A DNA stretch of 64,000 bases from Candidatus Bathyarchaeia archaeon. Lineage in GTDB: Archaea; Thermoproteota; Bathyarchaeia; Bathyarchaeales; Bathycorpusculaceae. Position numbers and translations under genes: made by a program. This document shows, piece after piece, positions 9,907 to 19,832 of the stretch; position 1 is the first letter of the stretch; every line of letters starts with the position of its first letter. The notes beneath the pieces were generated by a model, which searched no databases, was not told where the DNA came from, and was given only the letters and a program-made list of their open reading frames with translations. The DNA lies in contig JBEKSS010000007.1 in the NCBI GenBank assembly GCA_049516875.1, positions 96,001 through 160,000 of the forward strand. The letters run 5' to 3'.

Positions 9907-10737
9907 CTACTTCAGCCGCCTCGACAAGAACCCCAAGGCGCCGCTGAGGCTTTTCGCGGCAAACAAGAATAAACATCCTAAAAACACGCTTGGCGACTTG
10001 CCAGGATCTCTAAATGTCTGCACCATTGTAGACAGCGTGAGCCTGAACATTGAGGCAGTAGGAGCCATAGCTGAACTGTCTCTGAACGCAACTACAGACT
10101 GCCCATAAGAAAGGTACTTTCGCATCATGCTTTGAAGCGAATCATTTTCATAGTGGATGAGGCGCCTTTTGCACCAAGCATCTTTGAGTCCTCCTAACTT
10201 GAGCCGCTGATAGAGCTCTATGTCCTCCCACCATCGCAACTTATCGTTGAAAGGTGAAAAATGAACCAACGTTCTCCGCTCGTAGAACCTTGGGATTCCT
10301 CCCCGTGGTCCCCAAGCCCTCACCATACTGTTCTTCCATAGCACGGAACACTTACCCCAGAAATTGAGGCCGACGAAAACCTCAGGAATCTTCACAGCCT
10401 CGACCCCGCAAGTAGAGCACGTTAAAACGCAATCCTCAACTGCGCCACCGTCAAGTTGCTGATCCGAGTCTAAGAAGAGGACATAGCCTCCCTTCGAATG
10501 AGCTAGTCCTACATTCCTTGCGGCTGCTTGAGTTCCGCTGTGAACTATCACATTGGCGCCAAAAGTCTCAGCTATGCGCCGAGTTTCATCCTTGCTGTAA
10601 TTATCCACCACCAAGACCTCCTTGTATGGGTACTTCTGTCGCCTTATGGCTTCGAGGCATAGGGGCAGGCTCTTAGCGGAATTGTGTGTGGGGACGATTA
10701 CTGAAACATAGGCGTCTTCGGTGCTATCCAAAGGCAT
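9907..10737 (-). CDS. Glycosyltransferase family 2
   Basis: VSVIVPTHN, VVDNYSKD, FLDSD, WEDIE. ATG overlaps the upstream stop (TGATG). Confidence 0.9.
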   Translation of the reverse strand: MPLDSTEDAYVSVIVPTHNSAKSLPLCLEAIRRQKYPYKEVLVVDNYSKDETRRIAETFGANVIVHSGTQAAARNVGLAHSKGGYVLFLDSDQQLDGGAVEDCVLTCSTCGVEAVKIPEVFVGLNFWGKCSVLWKNSMVRAWGPRGGIPRFYERRTLVHFSPFNDKLRWWEDIELYQRLKLGGLKDAWCKRRLIHYENDSLQSMMRKYLSYGQSVVAFRDSSAMAPTASMFRLTLSTMVQTFRDPGKSPSVFLGCLFLFAAKSLSGALGFLSRRLK

Positions 10738-11939
10738 CAAGAGTTCAGAAGCTCCAGATAAGCCTCTTCGTAAGCCTCTGCTACAATGCTCCAGCGTTCC
10801 TTTTGAGCAAACTTTAGATTCTGTTCGCACATCTTGGCGGCTATCTCCTTGTTGAAAAGAACCTGCAGGATCGCATCCTTCAACGCATCCACATCGCCGG
10901 GAGGCACCAGAATCGCGGAGGCGCCATCAGCCACAATCTCTCTGATTTCTGGCAGATCTGAGGACACAACAGGCTTACCAAAACCACAGGCAAGGTGAAA
11001 CACACCGCTCGTTCCTAGAGCGACTAAATATGGTGTCACCACCACTTTAGCCATACCGAAGACCCGAGATAGATCTTCCTCAGGTACGTAGCCCAGAAAG
11101 ACCACTTGCGGAGGCGCAGTTTTAACAAACTCGTCTAGGTAGCCTGGATAGTTTGGGTGGTCAGTACCCGCGATTACAAGTTGAACATCTTTTCTTTCTT
11201 TCATTAACTTTTCAAAGGCTTGTAACATGATTGGGAGCCCCTTGGACGGTCCCATATGACCGAACATCAACACCACCTTTTCCTCAGAATCTGTCGACAA
11301 GCAATCGCTTACTGAGCTGCCGTGAGGTATGTAAAGCACTCCTTGATGGTTATAGCGTTTCCTCAGATATTCCGCATATAACCTCACCATCACTACAACT
11401 CTTGAAGCCGAGAGAATTAGCTTGGTAGCCACAAGGATTCCTGTCTTGTTCGCCAAGCTGGGCTTTACCTTCGCTTTTTCCAGATCCATTGTCTCCCCCA
11501 AATTGTGCAATAGAACAACAACTCTAAAACGGCAGAGTCTGCATAGAAAAACTAATGACAAACCAGTTAAGTTGGCAAGCCTGCTCCTTCCGTAGCTCTG
11601 AAGGCCGACGCTGAAGTGAACCACATCCGGCTTCAGCTTCAGGATTTGAATCATCATACCGAGGATCGAGAGAGGACTGTCTTTCCTCCAAACCCTCAAG
11701 ACCTCAACCTTTGGATTCTCCCGCAACTTTCCTTTTGAACTGTCGATCTTATCGGCCAACAAGTTGAGCTTATAGATTGCCGGTCTATTCGCGAGTTCAG
11801 TTACCAAGTTCTTGGCGTACTCACTCAATCTAGCATGATTAGGCGGATAAGACGAGATGAAACAGACTCTCAAACCTGGCTTACCACCCGCGACGAACCT
11901 CGTGGTTGTGTATCCACTTTTGACTGTCTTGGTCAACAC
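10737..11939 (-). CDS. Glycosyltransferase family 4
   Basis: ISSYPP, FGHMGPSKG, TSGVFHLA..FGKPVV. Confidence 0.88.
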   Translation of the reverse strand: MLTKTVKSGYTTTRFVAGGKPGLRVCFISSYPPNHARLSEYAKNLVTELANRPAIYKLNLLADKIDSSKGKLRENPKVEVLRVWRKDSPLSILGMMIQILKLKPDVVHFSVGLQSYGRSRLANLTGLSLVFLCRLCRFRVVVLLHNLGETMDLEKAKVKPSLANKTGILVATKLILSASRVVVMVRLYAEYLRKRYNHQGVLYIPHGSSVSDCLSTDSEEKVVLMFGHMGPSKGLPIMLQAFEKLMKERKDVQLVIAGTDHPNYPGYLDEFVKTAPPQVVFLGYVPEEDLSRVFGMAKVVVTPYLVALGTSGVFHLACGFGKPVVSSDLPEIREIVADGASAILVPPGDVDALKDAILQVLFNKEIAAKMCEQNLKFAQKERWSIVAEAYEEAYLELLNS

Positions 11940-11940
11940 T

Positions 11941-12303
11941 TTAAGCCTTCGAAACGGAATTTGAAGCGAAGCTCAACCTGCGATTACCATCTGCATGGGC
12001 CGATATAGGTAAATGAAGGGTATTCAAAGAATGCTCTCGAGCCTCACAGGCTTCGTAGCCAAAACCATCGCAATCCCCCGGGAGTATGGTTACTGCGATT
12101 AGAGTTCCAACTAGAGTGGTGGAGATTAGTAATATGCTTTTTTCAGGCGAAAAGGATAGGATGAGTAAATTATAGTCGGCTAGACAGGCAGTCATCAGGA
12201 ACGGACTCATGAGTGCAACTTCTGCGTCAACAGCTTTCCCGCGGTGCTTCTTAAGAAGCTTTCCATACTTGAATGCCGCCTCCATGTAGCCTCTGTACCA
12301 GCG
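11941..12303 (-). pseudogene. C-terminal relic of a processive (cellulose-synthase-like) GT2
   Basis: In-frame RWYRGYMEAAFKYG is the tail of a QRxRW motif, followed by decayed TM segments; the catalytic domain is missing. Confidence 0.55.
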
Positions 12304-12341
12304 CGCACTCCAGCATGTTTTTCTACGCTTCGAACCACAGT

Positions 12342-12767
12342 TTAGCTGTTAAGCTTCGTAATAGTTAAGTACCAAGCAAAATTGGCGTCGTTTACCCATT
12401 TCCGGGCGCCTTTGTTGCCCCAGTTTTGGGCTAACAGGCTGAGCTTGCGGGTAAGGGGAATGCCAATTTCTTTTATTCTATGCGCAAGTTTGCTTTGGAA
12501 AACTTCTTGCACCTTCCTCGCGATAGTAAGAATGCTCTTGACCAAGTTGTAGCTCCGGACATTATCGCTTACTATAATTGTTAGGTCAATAAGTGCCCTG
12601 TCTATCCTTCGCAGGACCGTGAACCATACGCCGCGGCGCATGGCTTTCTTCTTAAGCTTCGTTAGTTGTGTCTTATCAAGGAAGCCGAAAGTGCTAACTT
12701 GCGATGCATCCCCAAACACAGTTCCTAAACCTCCAGAGTCCCATGCAAGGATTATCATTTTTAACAT
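12342..12767 (-). CDS. Basic conserved hypothetical protein
   Basis: KKKAMRRGVWF..L.RIDRALIDLT...A..WGN..A..W pattern, recalled from archaeal hypotheticals. Confidence 0.65.
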   Translation of the reverse strand: MLKMIILAWDSGGLGTVFGDASQVSTFGFLDKTQLTKLKKKAMRRGVWFTVLRRIDRALIDLTIIVSDNVRSYNLVKSILTIARKVQEVFQSKLAHRIKEIGIPLTRKLSLLAQNWGNKGARKWVNDANFAWYLTITKLNS

Positions 12768-13132
12768 GATATTAGACTAATAAAGGATTTGCGGTTGTGC
12801 TTTCCATTTTGATGAACTCAGTAACCCAAGCTAATGAGTCAACAGATATTGATGAAAAAGAGGTTTATCACTTTCGTTATCCCACTGCAGAGACTCAGGA
12901 AACTTTCACAAACAGGAAATTGGGAAAATCGAAACTCGCAAAAACGAAATCCTGAGCTTTCTACTGTGCACGCTGAGAACCCTACTAAAAGAGTCAGAGT
13001 AGCCCTAGCGCACGGCAGAGAGCGTACCTTCAGTCAGAATCAGCCCTCACAATCATCTTCGCAAAACAACCCTAGAATGCCAATAGGCTTTTCTATTTCA
13101 AACGCTCCTATCGAGCAGAAAGGATAGTAACC

Positions 13133-14218
13133 ATGAGCGAGCCATCGAATAACACCGCAGAAAAAACTTTGACGCAAGCTGATTTTGACCAGATAACAAA
13201 GCTAGTTTCATCAGAATTTCAGGTCAAGGAAGCCCTGATGGAACATGGGGTTCCAACATTCCATCTAGCACAACCACAGGAGACGAAGCAAGCTTTTCTC
13301 AAAGTTTTGAAGAACCTGGAACCGATGAATTTGATAGCTCTTCTGCGCAGAGAAGCCGGAAGAGTGGTTCTCAGAATTGTTCCAAAACCTCCGGTAAAGC
13401 CAAGTAACGTTCTGATAAACTGGGTCCTTTTTTTCGCCACCGTTGCGACCACCTTTGTAACTGGCTACCTGCTTTCGCCTGATGTAATCAACCCCCTGAT
13501 CGGAGGCGCCAGCTTCACGGTGGCCATGATGGCAGTGCTTGGCGTTCATGAGATGGGTCATAAAATAACTGCCAACAGAAAGGGTATTGACGCTACACTG
13601 CCATATTTCATTCCAGGGCCGCCGCCGTTGGGAACCTTCGGAGCAGTGATCATGCAGAAGTCTCTTCCTGCAAACAAAGACGCGCTGTTCGATATTGGAG
13701 CGGACGGTCCTATCGCAGGGTTCATAGTGGCAACCATCGTCAGCACTATTGGGTTAACGCTCTTGGTTCCTTCGCCTCACATTGAAGGGGCAACTCCAAT
13801 AAGCGTGCCAATAGCATGGAATATTCTTGAAAGATTCTTGCGAAGCTTGAACCTGTTTCCGAGTGCTCCGCCAAGTTGGGATCTGCTTTTGCATCCTGTT
13901 GCCTTTGCTGGTTGGGTGGGAATGCTCGTCACAACGCTTAACCTGCTACCTGCTGCCATGTTGGACGGTGGTCACGTAGCACGATCTGTGCTCGGTGAAA
14001 ATCTTGGCCTGAGACTTGTGCTTGCCCTGCTGTCAATTGCGTATTTGGTAATTGAGAGGTTCATTCCAATGGCTTTTCTGGTGCTCTTCATGCTGTTCTT
14101 CAGGCATCCGGGTCCACTGGATGACGTCTCCAGCCTGTCAACCAGCAGGAAACTGTCGGCACTCGGTCTCGTAGCGATATTTATCTTGTGCGCGGTGCCG
14201 CTTTCGCCGATTTTTTAG
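13133..14218 (+). CDS. Site-2 protease (M50) family intramembrane metalloprotease
   Basis: HEMGH and NLLPAAMLDGGH motifs, multiple TMs. Confidence 0.95.
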   Translation: MSEPSNNTAEKTLTQADFDQITKLVSSEFQVKEALMEHGVPTFHLAQPQETKQAFLKVLKNLEPMNLIALLRREAGRVVLRIVPKPPVKPSNVLINWVLFFATVATTFVTGYLLSPDVINPLIGGASFTVAMMAVLGVHEMGHKITANRKGIDATLPYFIPGPPPLGTFGAVIMQKSLPANKDALFDIGADGPIAGFIVATIVSTIGLTLLVPSPHIEGATPISVPIAWNILERFLRSLNLFPSAPPSWDLLLHPVAFAGWVGMLVTTLNLLPAAMLDGGHVARSVLGENLGLRLVLALLSIAYLVIERFIPMAFLVLFMLFFRHPGPLDDVSSLSTSRKLSALGLVAIFILCAVPLSPIF

Positions 14219-14332
14219 GTATTTCTAATCTGTATTTTTGTTGCACATGAAAACAACAAGGTTTATTAAATATTACGAGACCCTTGAATTCAGTCTGAAA
14301 GAAACAAACGTGCAAGACCTCTTAAGGTAGGG

Positions 14333-14563
14333 TTGATAATGAGAATGGCGCCGATTCTGGTGATTTTCTTCTTGATGTTTACTGTTTCGTCTCTGTTGGC
14401 CCCGTTTCCAATGTTTCCGGGCAACTTGCTGTGTTTCTCGATCGGACCGGCTATAAGCGAGTACACCCTGTATTTGAGTGCCACTTTCAACGGTCTTTTC
14501 TACGGTGTTTTGGTCTGGTTGGTCTTTGCGGGAATAAGTAGGAAACTTGAACAAGAAGGCTAG
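14333..14563 (+). CDS. Small two-TM membrane protein
   Basis: Hydrophobic ORF preceded by BRE/TATA-like AAGGTTTATTAAAT. Confidence 0.6.
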   Translation: MIMRMAPILVIFFLMFTVSSLLAPFPMFPGNLLCFSIGPAISEYTLYLSATFNGLFYGVLVWLVFAGISRKLEQEG

Positions 14564-14580
14564 ACGCTGTGATTGAGAGT

Positions 14581-14829
14581 TCAAGCTTGTGGTTGTGACA
14601 AGAAGCCCACAAGCTTAATAGTGGTTCTGCACTTCTTGCAGGTTAATACTAGTTCTTCCAGATCGTCACCGTTGACTTTGGTCTGAACGATTTCGTATGT
14701 AGTGTCTGATTCGTCGTCTGGAGATATAACAGATCCGCATTTGGGGCATGGAAAAGCTCCGTCTCCATCTATCTTCGTCAGATCAATCGTGTAAACCATG
14801 TTTTTATTAACAGCGGCTTTCTTCATCAT
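14581..14829 (-). CDS. Small zinc-ribbon protein
   Basis: CPKC...CKKC. Confidence 0.75.
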   Translation of the reverse strand: MMKKAAVNKNMVYTIDLTKIDGDGAFPCPKCGSVISPDDESDTTYEIVQTKVNGDDLEELVLTCKKCRTTIKLVGFLSQPQA

Positions 14830-14889
14830 TCCGTAAGCACACCTTTTTTCATTCTTGTGTCCATGGTTGCTCTTGAGTATATTAACGAT

Positions 14890-14919
14890 TATGAATCAGT
14901 AATATGAATCAGTAATATG
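14890..14919. repeat. 13-bp tandem repeat in a promoter region
   Basis: TATGAATCAGTAA x2 followed by TATG. Confidence 0.7.
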
Positions 14920-15334
14920 TATATTGCTAATATATTTAGGCCTGCCGAGAAGAACTGCTAGAAGTGTTGAGCGAAGCAATAAGCAAGTAAGCATAAGAAC
15001 GTTCAGCAAAAGTTATGAACCACAGGTCTGGCGAGATAAAACAGACCTGTAGAGCATGTGTATGCGCGAGCCATCTTCATCAAACTACGAGGACAGCGCG
15101 CGGACATTACTCTGTTCTGGTCATGGCGTTCGGTGCAGGATGGGCAGACCAATCGAAACATGGAAGTCCAGGTTCAGCGGGCACTTTTTTTGGTTTTATG
15201 TCATCTACCTGGTGTATGACTGCCTACTTTATGATTTATTAACTGCTTCTGTGTCTACCTAATATTCGAAACTTTGAGAAAGGTTACATGCGAATGTGGG
15301 CAAATTGGGATAGAACCATTGGGCGTGCGTCAAT

Positions 15335-16696
15335 TTGGAAGAATTTGATGTTTTAGTTGTTGGTGCTGGAACAGCTGGGTGCTTGGCAGCAAAGACAACT
15401 GCTGAAGCGGGTTTGAGGGTCTGCTTGGTGGAGAGAAAGAAAAGCGAGGAGATTGGAGAGAAAGTCTGCGGCGACGCGTTGGGTGAGCATCATCTGAAAG
15501 CTTTGGGTTTGGAGAAGCCGCAGGGCGGTGAACTGGAGAAACGAATCGAAGGTATCAGAATATTTTCACCCGACTTACAGACCGTTTTTACCATTGAACA
15601 CGAGGATTTCGTCGGTTACCTGCTGAACAGACGTCTCTTTGGACAATGGCTGTTGAGAAAAGCGCTTGATGAAGGTTCAATCCTTCTGGATTCAACACAA
15701 TGTCTGGAGCCGATTGTTGAGAAGCATTTTGTGGCAGGGGTCGTGGTGAAAAACCTGAAAACTGGCGAAGATGTTCGATTGAGGAGCAAAGTGGTTGTGG
15801 ATGCGAGTGGATTTTTGGCCGTGGTTAGGAAAAAGCTCCCGGGAGAGATCGGCATCGAAAACAACGTTGCAAACGAGGATGTTGAAGCGTGCTACCGTGA
15901 AATCCGGCAGCTCAAGCAGGAGACTGAGAATACAAAGTACTGCGAAATCTATCTGAATCAGGAGGTGACTCCGGGAGGCTACGCGTGGATATTTCCAAAA
16001 GGCGGGGCAAGAGTTAACGCTGGCTTGGGGATCTGTATGCGTGCAAAGTTTCCAAACCCTAAAAACCAGTTTTACAAGCACGTTTTGGCCAGATCCATGT
16101 TCGAAGGATCGTTGCTTCTGAACGGAGGCGCGTGGTACGACCCTACACGCAGGCCTCTGGATAACATGGTGGGCGACGGCGTGGCCATAATTGGCGACGC
16201 AGCATGCTTGGTCAACCCGATTCACGGGGGAGGCATAGGTCCATCAATGCTGAGCGGCCACCTTGCCGGCAAAACCATCGTTGAAGCCTTCAACAAGGGT
16301 GATTTCAGCAGGAAAGCACTGTGGCCTTACAACTGCAGGTATAAGGAAATGTACGGTGCAAAACAGGCTGGACTGGACATTTTCCGTTTGCTCCTCCTGA
16401 AGAGTCGTGACGAAGACCTGAACTATGGAATGAACTATCAGCTTCTAAAAGAAGAAGACGTGCTGAAAGCCGGTATGGGCGAAGACTTCCATTTGAACAT
16501 CACCGAAACTGCAAAACGAGTTTTCAAAGGACTCAAGAGAATAAGATTCCTTAACATGCTCCGCCTCACGGTGAACATGATGAAACAAGTCAAGGCTCAC
16601 TATGGAAGTTATCCTGAAACTCCAGAAAACTTTGAAGAGTGGCGTTTGCAGACTGTGGCTCTGTTTGAAGAAGCCAACTCAAGAATCGTAAAGTGA
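15335..16696 (+). CDS. Geranylgeranyl reductase family FAD oxidoreductase (DGGGPL reductase-like)
   Basis: VVGAGTAG, KVCGD, PGGYAWIFP, IGDAA..VNPIHGGGI. Confidence 0.92.
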   Translation: MEEFDVLVVGAGTAGCLAAKTTAEAGLRVCLVERKKSEEIGEKVCGDALGEHHLKALGLEKPQGGELEKRIEGIRIFSPDLQTVFTIEHEDFVGYLLNRRLFGQWLLRKALDEGSILLDSTQCLEPIVEKHFVAGVVVKNLKTGEDVRLRSKVVVDASGFLAVVRKKLPGEIGIENNVANEDVEACYREIRQLKQETENTKYCEIYLNQEVTPGGYAWIFPKGGARVNAGLGICMRAKFPNPKNQFYKHVLARSMFEGSLLLNGGAWYDPTRRPLDNMVGDGVAIIGDAACLVNPIHGGGIGPSMLSGHLAGKTIVEAFNKGDFSRKALWPYNCRYKEMYGAKQAGLDIFRLLLLKSRDEDLNYGMNYQLLKEEDVLKAGMGEDFHLNITETAKRVFKGLKRIRFLNMLRLTVNMMKQVKAHYGSYPETPENFEEWRLQTVALFEEANSRIVK

Positions 16697-16910
16697 ACCC
16701 CCTGAACCTGTGTCTCATCGATATTTGACAAGGACACATCTGTCCGCAACGAGTTCAGCCCTTCTTGTGACTGAATGACAGGTGCGTGCATCGCTGTATC
16801 GCTGAAGAGGAAGATCCCCTGACGTAACGAGGCTACGCCTGGCGTTCTGGGAGTCAAGGGAAGGTGCAGTCTGGAAAGGTTTATTTTGCTGCTTGATGCT
16901 ATGATTCAAA

Positions 16911-16962
16911 GCTGCTCGCGGATAGATGTCCGCAGGGATGTGGCCGTGAAGGCTGAACTACA
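16911..16962 (+). promoter_or_regulatory. Structured 5' leader of L15e (eL15 ribosomal-leader-like)
   Basis: Follows BRE/TATA GAAAGGTTTATT (about 16874). Contains hairpin GCGGATA-GA-TGTCCGC, then GGGATGTGGCC-GTGAA-GGCTGAAC, upstream of the GAGGTGA RBS. Confidence 0.6.
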
Positions 16963-16985
16963 AACTAGTGTTGAGGTGAAAAGAA

Positions 16986-17564
16986 TTGGCGTACAAGTAC
17001 ATTGCTGAAGCGTGGGCCAAGCATGAGAAATCCTACGTTTACGAGCTGATGCGTCAGAGGCTGATTGAATGGCGGAGGCAGTCGGTAATAACGCGCATCG
17101 AGAAACCAACGCGCTTGGACAAAGCTCGAAAGCTTGGCTACAAGGCTAAGCAGGGCTACGTTGTCGTGCGTGTCCGCGTGAGAAAAAGCGGCATGAGGAA
17201 GCAGAGGCCGAGGGCAGGAAGAAGACCCAAGCGTATGGGTGTGAAGAAATTCAAGTATTCCAAGAGCATGCTGCTGATCGCTGAAGAGCGGGTTGGAAGA
17301 AAATTCCCGAACCTTGAAGTACTGAATTCTTACTGGGTTGGCGAAGACGGCGTTTCCAAATGGTTCGAAGTGGTCTTGGTTGACCCTCATCATCCTGTTA
17401 TCCGGGCAGATGACCGCATAAACTGGATAGGTCAGAAGCAGCATCACAGAAGGGTCTTCAGAAGCCTCACGAGCGCAGGAAAGAAAGTTAGAGGCCTAAG
17501 AAGAAGAGGACGCGGCGCTGAGAAATTCAGACCCAGCTTAAAAGCAGGCACAGGAGAAAAATAG
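16986..17564 (+). CDS. rpl15e: 50S ribosomal protein L15e
   Basis: [42 protein letters not shown]. Confidence 0.98.
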   Translation: MAYKYIAEAWAKHEKSYVYELMRQRLIEWRRQSVITRIEKPTRLDKARKLGYKAKQGYVVVRVRVRKSGMRKQRPRAGRRPKRMGVKKFKYSKSMLLIAEERVGRKFPNLEVLNSYWVGEDGVSKWFEVVLVDPHHPVIRADDRINWIGQKQHHRRVFRSLTSAGKKVRGLRRRGRGAEKFRPSLKAGTGEK

Positions 17565-17568
17565 TTTC

Positions 17569-17811
17569 ATGACGACGATAAAGCCGAAAATACTTAAAAA
17601 CGATGGAAAACAGCGGTTGGGAAGAGGTTTCAGTCGAGAAGAACTGAAAAGGGCCGGATCAAGCTTGAAAGAAGCCTTAAGGTTCGGCATACCAGTGGAT
17701 GCCAAAAGAAAAACAGCTCACGAAGAGAACATCGAAGCCGTCAAGACCTTTCTGCAGGAAAAGAAACCCGCTTTCAAGCCTAAGAAACCAAGAGGAAAAC
17801 CTAAAAGTTGA
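17569..17811 (+). CDS. rpl13e: 50S ribosomal protein L13e
   Basis: GRGFSREELK.AG...GIPVD.KRKT.HEENI. Confidence 0.92.
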   Translation: MTTIKPKILKNDGKQRLGRGFSREELKRAGSSLKEALRFGIPVDAKRKTAHEENIEAVKTFLQEKKPAFKPKKPRGKPKS

Positions 17812-17836
17812 GTCCGCGCCAATAGATTCTAGTGGT

Positions 17837-18289
17837 ATGCTTTTGTCTTTCAAGGTTCCGATTGCGTACATTGACATGCGAGTTTTTGCTCACGCAACGG
17901 AAGAGTTGGAGAAAGTTCTAATAGCTGTTCACAACACTCTGCCAACAGAATCGAAAGACACCGTCGTATTCAAGAAGACGACTTTGAACGGTCACCATGG
18001 AAATCCCATAACTCTATTCGAAACGAGAATCAAGAACAGAAAGATAGCTCAGGCATTCCTGGAGAAGCTTGCCTCAGGCCTAAACATGGTGGACAAAGAA
18101 GCGTTGAACAGCGAAATCACGCAGCACTTGGAGAATGGGAATCTGTACATCCGCCTTGACAAGCAATCTGCCTACATGGGCGAGTTCAAACTCAGCTCCA
18201 CTGATCCAATTCATCTGCGAATGCACTTCAGGAAACCCAGCACGGAAGAAGTGATAGACATCTGTAGAAGATTCGGGTTGCTGCCATGA
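17837..18289 (+). CDS. Predicted RNA-binding protein (COG1325-like, exosome/RNase P superoperon)
   Basis: HATE, GHHGNPI, LYIRLDKQ. Confidence 0.88.
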   Translation: MLLSFKVPIAYIDMRVFAHATEELEKVLIAVHNTLPTESKDTVVFKKTTLNGHHGNPITLFETRIKNRKIAQAFLEKLASGLNMVDKEALNSEITQHLENGNLYIRLDKQSAYMGEFKLSSTDPIHLRMHFRKPSTEEVIDICRRFGLLP

Positions 18290-19017
18290 AACGGGTTTAC
18301 GCGGACTTGCACCTGTGCGCAGACTGTGACAGGATGGAGCAGTTTTCACGTGTTGTTGAGAAAGCATCGAAACTCGGTTACGGCTTAATAGCTGTTCCGT
18401 TTCGCAAATCCTCTGAAGAACAGATTCGGCACGTACGGGAAACCTGTGAGAAGGCTGATGTAGACTTTGCATCTCGCGTGAATCTGAGGCCTCGAACGCC
18501 AGAAGAGCTTGTCCTCAGTTTGAGGAAGCTTAGGCGAAGATTTGAGATAGTTGCGGTCATGTGCGAATCAAAAGGTGTTGCGAGGCAAGCCGCAAAAGAC
18601 CGCCGCGTCGACCTTCTAAACTTCCCTCAACCTGACTTTCGCAGGAGTTTCTTCGATGCGGCTGAAGCTGAATTAGCATCAAACTGTCTGGCTTCCCTTG
18701 AAGTAGACGTGAAACCGTTGCTAACCCTGGAAGGTCCGGCAAGGATTAGGCTTATCTCAAGCTTACGCCGAGAAGTCGCAACAGCCAGAGAATTTCATGT
18801 TCCAATCGTCATTTCAAGCGGAATCTCGGACGAAATGCTAATGCGGAAACCAAGAGAGCTGGCGGCACTGGCATCACTCTTTGATTTGAGCGGAGTTTAC
18901 TCTCTAGAGGCGGTTTCCAAGAATCCTGTGGCGCTGGTCAAAAGGAACAGGGAGAAGCTCGGGTCAAAGTTTGTAGCGCCTGGAATACGATTGATCAGAA
19001 GGGGGAAAGACAGTTGA
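18286..19017 (+). CDS. rnp3: RNase P protein subunit Rpp30
   Basis: ADLH, ARQAAKDRRVDLL, ISSG...MRKPRE; adjacent to Pop5. Confidence 0.93.
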   Translation: MKRVYADLHLCADCDRMEQFSRVVEKASKLGYGLIAVPFRKSSEEQIRHVRETCEKADVDFASRVNLRPRTPEELVLSLRKLRRRFEIVAVMCESKGVARQAAKDRRVDLLNFPQPDFRRSFFDAAEAELASNCLASLEVDVKPLLTLEGPARIRLISSLRREVATAREFHVPIVISSGISDEMLMRKPRELAALASLFDLSGVYSLEAVSKNPVALVKRNREKLGSKFVAPGIRLIRRGKDS

Positions 19018-19343
19018 AAATAATGAAACGCCGCTACTTAGCAGTGTCGATAGATTCTCATGAAACATTCAACTCACACGAGTTCACGGACGCTGTCTGG
19101 GGCGCTGTTTCAAAGCTTTTCGGAGAGTACGGCGCAAGCCAGACTGGCTTAAACTTGATTCATTATGATGAGACAAAAAAGCTAGTGGTCATGCGCACAT
19201 GGCACAAGACCCTTGAGATGATTCGAACCGCGATAGCATCAATAACCCAGATACGAAGCAAGCCGGTCGCCCTGCACGTTCTCGCGGTCTCAGGGACGAT
19301 AAAGGCACTTTACAGGAAATTAGAGAAACAGTCAGTTTCTTGA
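19014..19343 (+). CDS. rnp2: RNase P protein subunit Pop5 (Rpp14/Pop5)
   Basis: KRRYL, LFGEYG, VSGTIKAL. Confidence 0.93.
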   Translation: MKIMKRRYLAVSIDSHETFNSHEFTDAVWGAVSKLFGEYGASQTGLNLIHYDETKKLVVMRTWHKTLEMIRTAIASITQIRSKPVALHVLAVSGTIKALYRKLEKQSVS

Positions 19344-19601
19344 CTGATTCTAATGTACAAAACGTTATGTTCTTTGGTAACATCAAGGAGTTCTGGCCCC
19401 GAAAAGGAAAGAGAGATTCAGTGCGCGTCGGCTGGCGCTGGCCAATAGCGCGCGCCAGTACGGCTGAAGCCAAGCCTCTCGTCAGTAGTACGCTCATTGT
19501 TCCCCTTTCGTTAGTCAGTTCGCTTCGAATCGTCGCTAGACGGACAGCCCCAAAACTTATCAGGAGCAGGGTCAAGGCAAGTGTGACTCCTAGAATAATC
19601 G

Positions 19602-19832
19602 TCAAAGCATTGGACCCAGAACATTTTCACTAAGAATAAATTGATACCAGCCCACATACGTTAGGCTTAAAGGCAGTATTATCCAAGCGAATACTTCGAC
19701 TGAGTGGGGAACGTGCTCGGATGTTTTTTCCTTCATACGCCAAACTGGGAACTTTGACCTGATCTTACGGTTTATGTTTTTGAAAGAGTGCAACACAAGC
19801 CCATAGAGTGCCTCATATAACCCTCTAAGCAT
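19602..19832 (-). pseudogene. Probably truncated membrane hypothetical protein
   Basis: MLRGLYEALYGLVLHSFK... stops just after the first TM; further in-frame stops follow. Confidence 0.4.

Noticed and set aside
12834-13127. 97-aa ORF
   Set aside because: Low-complexity promoter-region ORF without motifs.
15015-15262. Two overlapping small ORFs
   Set aside because: No support for either frame.
16697-16965. RNase P RNA (GAGGAAG, P4-like pseudoknot, near Rpp30/Pop5)
   Set aside because: GAGGAA is not attached to the pairing strand, there is no bulged U or recognisable CR-II/III/V motif, and a TATA box lies inside. A cmsearch would settle it.
19189-19633. ORFs and GC-rich hairpins downstream of pop5
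   Set aside because: They overlap pop5 and each other; no recognisable RNA family.
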